Assembly: GCA_020536535.1 (NCBI GenBank)
Contig: JAHLWZ010000806.1
Span: 62,001-126,000 of the forward strand
Direction of reading: 5' to 3'
DNA: 64,000 nucleotides
Source of the DNA: Pelomyxa schiedti
Taxonomy: Eukaryota > Protista > Evosea
Positions 53,228-64,000 of the stretch are shown here, in pieces. Numbering within the stretch: the first letter of the stretch is position 1; every line of letters begins with the position of its first letter. A model generated the notes under the pieces. The model worked only from the letters and a program-made list of their open reading frames with translations. It did no database searches and was not told the origin of the DNA. The position numbers and the translations under genes are program-made.

Positions 53228-53673
53228 TTTTCCTTACTACTGCAAAAACAAGAAAAAAAAAAATTGGCATGGAAACGATGGCAGTGGCAGGAAGTAGTGC
53301 GAAACGAATGGCGAAAAAAAAATGAAGTGTAGTCGTCGCTGGTTCTGGTTGGTTTTTTCACTACGGACCGAGAGCACGTCACGTGCGTCAAAATGGAACG
53401 ATGCGGGACAAATTCTTAGTCGAAATCGCGCTCCGTGAAAAAAGTCTTATCTAGTGTCGTCATAGCTATAGCTGCAATTGCCACCCAAGTTCTAAATTTC
53501 TAATCTGCAGAAGTTGCACTGAACTTCCCATCCCAGTACTCCGGAGGATCCCACAAGGCAAGGGCGTTTTCTTCTTGTAGGGCCATACAGTTCGGTTTTA
53601 GTTTTGCATCTCCATTTTCAGCCTTTCTTTGCGGCGAACTAACAGATTCACTAATCTGTTGTAGTTTCGGCAA

Positions 53674-54753
53674 ATGACGTGGTGGGCCAAGGGTCTTGTG
53701 ATTGACGTTGACGGGACTTTGGTTAGAACGGAGGAACTTGGTCTCTCTTGCACCCGCGCAGTGTTGGTTAAACACGGTTACTCACCCAACTTGGTCAATG
53801 TGGATCTGTACAACGAGGGTTGGCTGCTGTGCACCGTGTGTTTGATTGATGTAACTTGCTTTTACTTTTTTTTTTTTTTTTTTTTTGTTTTCCCCCATTG
53901 GTTGCCATTTTGCTTTGCTTTGGTGCTCATTGTCTTCCCTTTAGAACCCTTTATTCCAATTGCTGTTGCTCATTTCATTAAAAATTTGCATTTCATGTGC
54001 CTAATAAAGCCTTGGGGAAATAGGTACCAAGTTTCCAACGAGGGTCCGGTTGGCGTGGCACACCGGACTGGATCCAAATTCCGCTGAAGCGAAGGCACTG
54101 GCTGATTCCTATGACGAAATAGAACTCACCCTTGTTTGCACTTGCATATTCTCTTTCTGTCTCTCCCCATTGCTTGCCTTTTTGTGGGGTCATCTTACCA
54201 TGATTCCATACTAGATATCACCGGATATGTGCCCCCTTTTTAATGGGATAAAAGCGTTCCTAGATGAGGTGGTCTCTATGAGAGGCGTGCCGGCAGTGGC
54301 TCTCTCCAATGCCACAACAAACAACACAGTGACAAAGCTGAAGGTTTGTCCACAATGCCTTTTTCTCACTTTTCACCGTTTTCCTCAAAGCAATTTTATC
54401 CACTCACTAGGCAGTTGGCATATTCAAGTACTTTGTTGCAGTGCTCGGCTCAGACACTGTTCCCGAGACGAAACCACTTCCGGGGGGTGTGATCAAAGCC
54501 TGTGGGTTGCTCAATCAACCCCCGAAAAACTGCATAATGATTGGAGGTAATTTATGATCCCACTTTCCTCAAGCAAACACTTATCTTCCCAACAGATTCT
54601 CCAAGTGATGGACAAGCCGGTTCAGCTGCCGGAATTGGCAGTAGTATTGGAGTCGTCTGGGGCCAGCACCAGATAGAGACCCTCAGGCCTCATTTTACGC
54701 ACATAGCCACTTCTCCTTCACAACTGCACCAATTATGCATGTCAGATTCTTGA
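53674..54753 (+). CDS. HAD-superfamily subfamily IA hydrolase (phosphoglycolate phosphatase-like)
   Basis: Motif I DVDGTL, ALSNA, KP.P, MIGDSPSDGQAG, GVVWG. Confidence 0.85.
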
Positions 54754-54779
54754 TACTATATGACCACTATGGATACAAG

Positions 54780-57700
54780 GAAAGCCCCACTCAGGAGTCA
54801 CGACCGTCGTTTGTTTTCCCAACGGAATAAAGACAATTCGCAATACAATGAGGAGATCTTTGTTGACTTTTGGTGTTACGTTGCTCCACAAGAGGGGCAA
54901 ACTGAAGAAACATACATTTTTTTTTTACAGTGGTTCATCCTTTTCTTTGCGGGCTTTGACTTCATAGGGCCGGTTGAGGAAGTAATGTGAAGGCTGAATG
55001 GCAACATCAAGTTTATCAGGGAACCCACGATGTCGGCCAACAAGCATGACCATAATCATGCTGTACATGCAGTGAGGGAGATAAAGAAACAAAAAATAGA
55101 AAGAAAGAAATCCAGGAATTGAGGTGAATGTAGAGAGTGGTGTTTGTTTACATACAATATTTTGGAAGCTGGGGATAAACAACCGGAAAAGCTGTAGGGT
55201 TTGCCGGCAACTCCAAGTGTGAGGCCCACTGTTCCATAGCTTGAGACAATTTCGAATAGAATTTTGAAGGGAGTATAAACAGGGTCGGTTTGTATGTTTT
55301 CAGCTTCTATGCAGCATATTATGAACCAGGGACCTATTACCCAAGTGATATCGAATAGCAGCAACCTAACAAGGTTGGAATCCAGGAGTATCCCGACATT
55401 TATGTGGTCTCGATAACCTTTTAAATTGGTGCAGCACCCTATTGGCTTTGGGAGATGAATCCGAATGGCTCCACATGTTTATCAACACGTTAGTATCGCG
55501 CAGTGAGACTGCAATTGGTAGAGCAGCTATGTACATCATGGTTATAAGCATCACATGCACTCCAGGATCCAGGGCACTCACGTCTATTGAGTTGAAACCA
55601 GCTGTTCTTGTGGAAACACATTGGAACATGCAGTTGACAATGCGATGGCCTGGTGACAGGTATGAAAGGGTCTGCCAATCTAAACCAGTCAAAATTGCAA
55701 ACTGTGCTAGTGTGGTGCCCTAGAAGTTTTTTTTTCCCCTTCATTTTGAGTGTTCAGATGAAACAATACTCTTTTCACACCATAACTATCAGCAGAATGT
55801 ATAAGGTATACTTCCAAGGGAAAAGAACTGTTAGATATTTGCGTGGATTTTTCTGGAGGTTCAATTAGGTGTGGCGCTAAGCTGGAAAGGAATCAACCAA
55901 CACATCTCGAAGAGTGGAGCCAAGTTTGGAGTTTGGCTTGATCCAAGAGATGGTCCTAACAGTAAAATACAACCCAACGGGATATCCAGTATTGCCCAGT
56001 AGGATTAGGAACATGGTAACAAACAGAGGAAATGTGTCAAGAGCGAGAGGAACACAGTTGTCACGAAGAAGAGATAGGCCAGCATTATTGAACGCAGCTA
56101 CCTGTTTGTTTGTTAACTTCTATAATTACAAGAGAGTCATACAGCGTGAAAAGCAGCAAAGAACCATGGCTGTGTGATAGCAGAATTTGGTTTACCGGTA
56201 AAGTAACTGCCAAAGGCAATAAAGGATAAGGTAAGTAAAGTCCAGTTATACAAATGTATAACGCCCAGCATTGTTTTTGCAGAGAAATCGCCAAGTTCTT
56301 TATAACGTCGGGAATATAGGGCCGTGACAGCTCTCTCTGTGCGCAGGGCTGATTCAACTTCCGGATTTGTTCGAGGTGGTGCCTTCTGTACTTCTCCATG
56401 CTGGGTGTCAGATGGAGAATTACTGCCATGCGTAGCATCAGAACTACTGGTTGAGACAGCTGAACTTTCACCTGTATTTGATCTTTCCCTTAGTCCCCCA
56501 CTTTGTGAGAGATCGTTCATTTCTATTATGTTTCTCTTTGCCAGACGTGCATCAATGATGGCCCCTTCTTGTGAGACATCAAAATCATCTGTGCGCGTTT
56601 TCAACCTTGGCCAAACAAGTAACCTCAGAAGCAGTGGAACAGTGGAATCCATAACAGCCCCGCCGACGAGCATGAGGAGCAGTAGAACAATTTTCGAGCC
56701 CGAATACCATTCGGAGAGGTCAACAGAACTCAACCCTGTAGCAGATATTGCCGACACGCACATGAACCAGGAATCAATAAATTTCAGAGCCGGGTGTGGC
56801 GAAGAGGCGGACGAAGATATCCCCGAGAAATTTGAAAGACTGGAAGCACTGGAGTTGGCAGTATCACTGTTCCACAGCCTCTCGATCGAGTAGCACACTG
56901 CTGCTCCTACCAGAGAGAGGAACGTAAACCAGACGAAATGAATAGGAGCATAATGGAAACTGTGCCTGTTCAACAGCGCAGCAGCCAATTTGCGTCGGGC
57001 TGAGCGAGGGGCACTGCCTGCCTTCTTCAACAACAATAGAGGGATATGGACTGATGAGGACTTGCCTTCCTTTTTTGCATGAGCCAGAGCTTCGATGGCC
57101 TCTACTGGCCGATTGTCATGTTGCTCCCGCCGTTTGATTATTGGCGAGTCCGATTCTCTGTGAATGATCCCTTCTTCACCATCATCGCTTGTGCGTTCCC
57201 TCTTGTGTCTGCTATGATCATCATGACGGTGGTGGTGTCCGTGTCTTGTATGGTGCTTATGGTACGAATGGAATTCGCCCTCGTCAGGCTCCGTTCCGTC
57301 AACCCAGCGGCCATCAACCTCGATCGAGCGGCTTCTCCGAATAGCCCGCTCTACAACTTCAGGGTGGCTGTCTGACAGTCTGAACGAGTGAGCCCTCTGA
57401 GACACGTCGCCATCATCTCCAGGAGCTTCGCCTGTACCTCCGGCCGGAGAAACAGTACGGCTGTCCACATCAGCCGCGGCACCGGATAATGGGACAACAG
57501 TGCCAGAACCGACCCGCCAAGTGACATCTGAATCGGGAGTCCTGGCCCTCCACCCGCCCGCCTCGGGCTGTATATCCTGCTGGTTCTTGGCCGCATTATG
57601 GGCGCGGTTCTGGCTGTCCGGGTGGGCCGGGGCTTCTATCTGTGGCTTCGTCCCGCCGCAAACATCAACGATGGCGAACTCCGTGCCCTGGAGCGTGGGG

Positions 57701-58098
57701 TCCATCGCGAATCCGCCCGATTCCAACACCTCCTCGTCGACGCCAGAGGAGTCCCCGCCTTCCTGTTCTGTCGTTGCATTCTTCGTCGTGGTAGTAGTGG
57801 TCGTAGTAGTCGCAGCAGTCGCAGCAGTCTTGTCGCTGCTGCTGGTGTTGTTGCTGTTGTTCGCCACTCTCGTTGCTCTCCTAGGCGACGGCGACCGCGA
57901 CGAAGACGACGAGGTAGATAGCCCCGACGTCAACCCCTCGTCCTCGGACCACCCTTGCTTGTGCCCTCGTTCGTCCTCGTCGTCGCCCTCGTAGTAGTCG
58001 TCCGCGCCTTGTTCGTTTCCCTCGGCGGGCGCGGCCGCTGGAGCGAAGCGCGTCGTCACTGCCGACTCGCGCAGCGCAGGCCTGGTACCTGACGACAT
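54780..58098 (-). CDS. Trk/HKT-family K+/Na+ transporter with long disordered N-terminus
   Basis: Pore motifs SAISATGL, AAFNNAG, STRTAGFN, FEIVSSYGTVGLTLG, MLVGRHRG; 3' end approximate. Confidence 0.92.
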
Positions 58099-58248
58099 GG
58101 ACTGCGACGGAATTCGGGGAGTCTGGAACGAAGTTCCCGCGTCCAAACGGGAAACCCGGAAGGTTCGAAGAAACACGAATGTTCACGAAAGAGCTGATGT
58201 TTTTTTTTTTTTTTTTTTTGTGAGGATTAGGTAGCCTAGTGGTGTTCT

Positions 58249-59391
58249 TTACAAACTTACTGTTTCACAAGGAAATACTAGTGGGGCGACAAGGAACGCC
58301 ACAATTGTCGATATGCATGTTGTGATTAAATTGACCTGATAGTTCATTAGTTGACTAAAGCTGGTGCATGGAAGATACCTGAGTATTTGAGAAAATGTCC
58401 ATGCCAGATATATGCTTCACCTTGGGCCCAGGTCCATTCACCACCTTATTACATGAGCTATCCCATCCGGAGTACTGTAGAGTTGCTCCCATCAAACTGT
58501 CAACCTAGATGTGTTGGTGTCACAAAGCAAAATGTGAAGGGAGTACAAGTGACCCAAGGAGTCCAACAACAGAGCCAAAGGTCAAAGCCGAGCAAATTGA
58601 CATTGGAAATAGGGTGGGCCCTGAGCTGATGTATTGTGCTCCCCAGAATGTGACTCCCATTAAAAATCCGCCAACGGGAGCCGAGAGTGTACCAAGAGTG
58701 GAAATTCCTCCATTGGTTCCTTGGGGAACCTAGGAAATGGTTGGAAATGAGCAGTTCGAGAGTGGATGGTGCCTTGCCTTGGTGAATCTTGTTATGAGCA
58801 CTGGAGGAGAGGGACTTAGCATTCCTACTTCTGAGGACCAAGTATCTGCGGCACAGCAGCAATACTTGTTTTAGTTAATACCATAGAGGTTGGAAGGTGA
58901 GAGTGCTTACGCATGCTAAGAAACCTGCTGACAGGCAACAAACAGATATTTCAATGCCGAAAATTCTGTTAATGACTCCACGGCAGAGGTAGATAAAGCA
59001 GCACACAGTGCCAGCACCACCAGTAGAAATGACCTGTACCCAGCTTCTCTTACCACCTGGCAGTGAAAACTTTTATTTAGGAAAGGAATGAATAATAATA
59101 AGGATACATCAAAGTAAGAATAACAATAGTGCTCAAAACAAAATGAAACGAAGACCTTCCCTTCTTGTACTCTTTATCCAGAGTTTTCTTCAACCGGGCC
59201 CCCACCCTCGTCATCACTGAGCAACTGATGAAAAACACCAACAATGTTGCAGTGAATGGACCCCCGGCTTCGAAAGTCACACACCCAACCAACCACGCTG
59301 CAATTGCACCCCCAAAGTCCAACGCACGTGCCCAATACGCACACACCCCAATGACCCCCGCCACCCCAAACGACACCCCCAGCGTCATCAA
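58249..59391 (-). CDS. TMEM19: TMEM19 / DUF92 membrane protein
   Basis: LLVFFI, KRSWVQV, AADTWSSEVG, VPRGTNGGIS, FSNTQVN. Confidence 0.88.
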
Positions 59392-59679
59392 CCCAAGCGG
59401 TTTTTTTTTCTAGTTGTGTTGTGTTGAAGGCTGCTGTTATGAAGACAGGTGGGAGGAATGACTTGTGGGATGGGAGCGGTAGGGAGGCGGTGGGAGGGGG
59501 GAAGGAGAGTTATGGGAAACAAGGTGTAGGGTATCTTGAATGACCAAGAATAGGGATTACCATTCCCCACCCACCTTCCTTGTTTGTTTGGAAAAAGAAA
59601 AACATCAAGCTTCGAGCCTCTCGTTTCGGGAAAAACTCTACAGAGAAAAAAAACCAGGAGCCGAACGCGAGGAGGTGCC

Positions 59680-62600
59680 ATGGCAGACGTGCGTTTTTTT
59701 TTTCCCCAGTGACACCACTCCCCTGCCACATGTCACAGCTGCGCACGTTAGATTCTTTTGTCATTTTTTAACATTAATTCCAGCACGACGACTCGGCACA
59801 CAAACGCAAAAGGGGACACACAAAGTCAGTGCACAAAGAGGATACGGAAAATGGTGACCCGGATTGCCCCTCCCCTACTACAGAGAAAGCACCAACACCT
59901 TCGTCATCTACTGCCACAAGCACAGCTCCTGCAGCGTCAATGGCGGCAGCAACTACTACCACCACAACATCAACTGCTACCGCTTCGGCGACTACAACTG
60001 CTGCGGCTCCTGTAGAACTTCCTGGCTCCCCCATAGAAAGTAGTGTTCCTGTTTCATTGTGTGACAATGCTGAGGAAGACTGCATTGAAGTGGATGCCCT
60101 GGATTCATCACAGATTGCACTTGTAAGTACCTCTGTCATTCTAAATATAATTCCTGTTCTGCCATCCTCTGGATTTGTCATTAATATTCCACTTTTTCAG
60201 TCCCATATTGTCTCCATGCGAGCTCTCCTTAGATCCAGCAGCAGGGTTCTTCCTGAAGACAGTGCAAGGGCTTCGTTCTCCACTATGCAGGTTCGTACAT
60301 ATAAACTAACAAAAAATATAACACAAACTAGACCATTGGTGGTTTCTTTACTCTGTGCAAAGTTAAAGGATCACTGCTTGCGAATATAAAACTTAGCTAT
60401 GACAAGCATTATCTAATGATCTCCCCTGTTGTAAAAGCGGGAAGTGACTATAAATTCACTGTCATGCCCAACTGTACAGTCTCTGTAAAAATATCCATTA
60501 AATTGACTCTACTGTCTTGAAAGATCCAAAACTGGTACTTCTTGCCCATGTAGTTGAAATCTTGCAAGGACAATTCAATCCCTCGTTCTTGAAATGCGGA
60601 CAAGAAGAAAAAGTGGACTGTTCCTTCAGTCTTATATGCAAAAAGTAACCGCCTTCCTTTTTCTTTTTTTTTTTGGGACTTAACAGTCGCCAGCGGGGAG
60701 ACATTCGATCTCGTTGCGGAAAACAAAGCAGCCAAAATGCAATGGGTCAATTCCCTCGAGAAGTTGATTGACTCTACCCTCACACCGATTCTGCGCTTCA
60801 TTGATAGTGCATGGCGTTCAGAAAGCTTCACCTGGATAAATTTTGAGCAAACATTGCAGTTACTGCAGAAATTGTATGAAACACTCTAACCTCAGACTCA
60901 AGTTGAACCCACTTTCCCTAGGAACTTCAAGCCAGCCAAGAATTCCCTCAAAACTCGTTTCAATGTTATCATTCTCCTTTCCTATGCAATTTCTGAAATT
61001 TGAAACAGGAGGTTGCTGTAGATAAGCCTGGGTTTATCAATTATGCAAATTTTCGGGTCTTGATTATATCCCTTCTTAATAGAAGGGAGATTGCTGAGTG
61101 TTTCAGTAAGCTCACCAATGCTGGGAAAAAGCCACTAGGAGCTGCTGAAATACTGGAATTTCACAAAACCTGCCAGAGTGAGGTTATTCACCTCGTTCTG
61201 ATTTCCTTATGAAGTAATATGGACCACCAGACTGAAGACTTCACACCTGAGGATGCTGCCGTTGTGATACGTCGTTTTGGTGAGAATCGGGATGACCACG
61301 GGGCACCCGTGATGCCTACGCAACTTTTACTTCATGAATTTGAAGCCTACCTTTTATCGAAGCATAATTCTATCTTCCATCCTGCTATGTCCCAAATTCA
61401 TCAGGTGTTGTCAACTCATCCAATTCTCTGGTAACTTACCCTTCATAGGACATGACAGCACCACTGACTTTCTATTATATCAATGGATTTACTTCCTTCG
61501 CCACACCCGAAGGTTACTTCCGCTTCCTGAAGAAGGGAAACGGTCGTTACCTTGAAAGTTCGTTTCCAACCACTATTGTCTTTTATTGATTTCTGTCAGT
61601 TGTAATACTTGATGGAAAGGAGGAATATGTAGATGAAATCCTGAGACTTGTTAAAGAATTTGCCTTCAAAATTAACCCGTAAGCAGAACCATCGTACTTG
61701 CAGTCAATTTATTTTTTCCAACAGGTTCCCTGTTATACTGTATCTCAGAATCAAATGTGGCGAAAAACAGCAAGTTAGTCCATTGTCAGAAATTCATTTT
61801 CTGTTAATTTGGCCTATTGTAGGAAAGACTTGTCTCCTCACTGAAAACCATTCTTGGGGATTCACTTGCAAAACCCCTGTGTGAGGCAAAACCTGATTTG
61901 AAATACCTGCCTTCCCCAGCTGCCCTAAAAAACCGTGTATTATTAATGGTGGATAGTGTATAGCGACCGATGTTTGTATTGATCGTCATTTTTAGGGTAA
62001 ACTGGATGACGTAACTGAAGATCTCGGAAACATGCTCTTCCTTCATGCATGCACGCCAGCCACTTTTCCAGAGGATTTAGGTAGTTCCCTGCTTTCAAGT
62101 TGAATTTTCCCAACATTTGTCGTATAGATGTTGCAAGGCCTTGGGATGTTTTACTCATTGCACAGAAGAATTTTGATAGATTTGAACCCTCGAAGTTGAT
62201 AGAATATCCTTTTTCCCCATTCCATTGCCTCACTATGCGGTCCCTTAACCTCTCACAAACATTCCAGACGATTTATCACGCAAGTTCGGCCATCAAAGAA
62301 ATGGCCTCCACTGGAGCCGTAGGCCTTATGTGTTCACTACTTTTTTTCTGACTTCGACAAAGTTGTTCTGCATGGGCCAGTGGCATACAACTGGCACCTG
62401 TGAGTCCCACTGACTTCACTGCATCTCTGGCCGAAGGCAAATTTATACTGAATGGAGGCTGCGGGTATCAAAGGAAACAGTGGTTTATGACACTGGACCC
62501 AATATCTTTTGAGGATGTTGTAAGCTACCCCAGTGCTGCGGCAATCAACACTGTGAACAGTTTAACCGTTGAGGTTAGTTACTTAATATTTTTTTTTTCT

Positions 62601-64000
62601 GCATTTAAACTTCAAAATTAGGTCCTAAGTGCCAGAGTGCTCCCAAAATCTGAAGGAGGAGAGGCACGAACAGTCAATCCACTTGTTGAATTGGAACTGT
62701 TTGGCGATGCAGATGACCACAGACAATTTAGAACAAAGCCAATTGGTATCTTATTTCCACTGAAAACATATTTGTCACCTCTAAAAAGTGAGCAATGGAT
62801 TTAACCCGGAATGGATGGGAAAATGTGAACCTTTTGTTTTTCCTTTGACTGCCAGTTCCCACGCAATGCTTCTCATAAGGTAAAAAAAAAGTACGGCTAC
62901 AACTAGCTAATCGGGAATCAGAATAATGGATGGAGCAGTGGGTCGTGAGCTTGCACACTATTCATTGCCCGTCAATTGCATTCGCCCTGGATTACGTGTA
63001 GTGCACCTCAAGAGCTTTAAAGGAAAGCTACCTCCTCCCTGCACACTATTTCTCAGGTTTGATGCTGGGGAAAAAGTATATTTCCTCACTTATCTCCAGA
63101 GTTGCCATTGATGTCAACAAGACTCCGAGGTACCCGTTGTGTGACCAACTGGAGCCACTCCCCAAGGTATCATCTACAAGTTCTTCGTTTAGAACGTAAC
63201 AACAAGAAAGAAACTATTAGCTTTTTCGAGCCGTGCCAGGTTATTGGGTAAAATTTTTGGCCCAGATGAATTCAGTGAACCTGGAAGGAAGATACCCGAT
63301 ACAGGTGTTTTTGCACGAGGAATCTCTACCTATCCCATTGATAGGAAAACAAAGGCCCAGGTTTATGCAAAAAGTTCCGTATGAAAACGCTTCTAACAAT
63401 GCATCAGTTGGGAAGTCCCATTTGCGATCAGTATGCAGTAGCCTGCTTCAGTGACAGGACAGCCTATTGCATTGCTGATGGGTGTATGTCTCCTCCCTTT
63501 CACAAAAATTGATTAATTAAACTTAGGCAACTGGGGGCCTGCTCCAAGAGAGGCCGCTCAAAAAGCAACAGCCACTTTTGTGCAAGTAATGGAAGAAAAT
63601 GTGTAGTATGTCTTGCCCCAATTTCAGCTTTTCAACTTACTTTCCATTGCAGTAAACAAAAGACTATCCGAGACATGGGACAATTACTTGCAAGGGCGTT
63701 AGTCTGTGCGAATAGGGCAATCTCTGATGGAATGTCAATAGGGTACAACATTGTGAAACCTTGGCAATGTTCACATTCAATAGTGAGAGTGCTGGAACAA
63801 CAACTTTCCTCGGAGGAGTTGTGATTCCCTATGGAGAGGCAGATGTGTCTTCGGGGCATAAACGAGCCAGCTGGTGCTGTTTGAATCTCTCTTTGGGTGA
63901 TTGCAAGGTTTGAGACCTGTCAAGAGCCATTCTGAACAACTCTTTACAGATATTCTGCTGGAGGGCCAAAGACAAAAAAGTCATTGACATAGGTGGGACA
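59680..64000 (+). CDS. PLC-like protein (PH-EF-degenerate X/Y-C2) fused to a C-terminal PP2C-like domain; runs off the window
   Basis: PH CSFSL...TFDLVAE...WVNSL; EF FEAYLLSKHNSI; QDMTAPL..YYIN; LPSPAALK; NGGCGY; C2 LTVEVLSAR...NPLVELELFG...IRPGLRVVHL; then ADGCNWG, GTTTFLGG, SLGDCK. Confidence 0.85.
62204..62260 (+). other. U12-type (AT-start) intron in the PLC Y domain
   Basis: ATATCCTTT at 62204 and TCCCTTAAC branch at 62241-62249; 55 nt must be removed to keep the frame and no GT-AG pair exists there. Confidence 0.85.

Overview
Gene-dense eukaryotic DNA with about 17 intact protein-coding genes split by many short (~35-100 nt) spliceosomal introns, so the ORF track shows only exon fragments. 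Gene content (fungal-type tryptophanase, NAD-GDH, CFAP20 and MOK cilia genes, myosin-II-like chain, Trk transporter, an intronless 'ARQFAALLASSHPRCG' family gene) suggests a flagellated amoebozoan, probably a Pelomyxa-like archamoeba (inference). Order: tryptophanase(-), importin-5(-), MOK(+), NAD-GDH(-), TrpRS(+), DHHC palmitoyltransferase(-), REXO1-like Q-rich protein(+), large membrane protein(-), GH18(+), ARF1(-), CBM-glycoside hydrolase(+), Stealth phosphotransferase(-), CFAP20(+), VPS41(+), an accessory island at 39.6-45.7 kb (two long hairpins, a kinase pseudogene, an intronless lineage-specific gene), myosin(-), RPS24(-), HAD(+), Trk(-), TMEM19(-), and a PLC-like gene running off the window. 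Top findings: (1) two minor-spliceosome (U12-type) introns whose frame-restoring junctions are non-canonical (GT-CG in the DHHC gene; AT-AA or a shifted AT-AC in the PLC-like gene); (2) a predicted catalytically dead phospholipase C fused to a PP2C-like phosphatase; (3) a near-perfect 53-bp hairpin and a ~100-bp-arm foldback element; (4) a myosin with switch-II Glu replaced by Gln. All gene models were spliced by eye and some boundaries are approximate.
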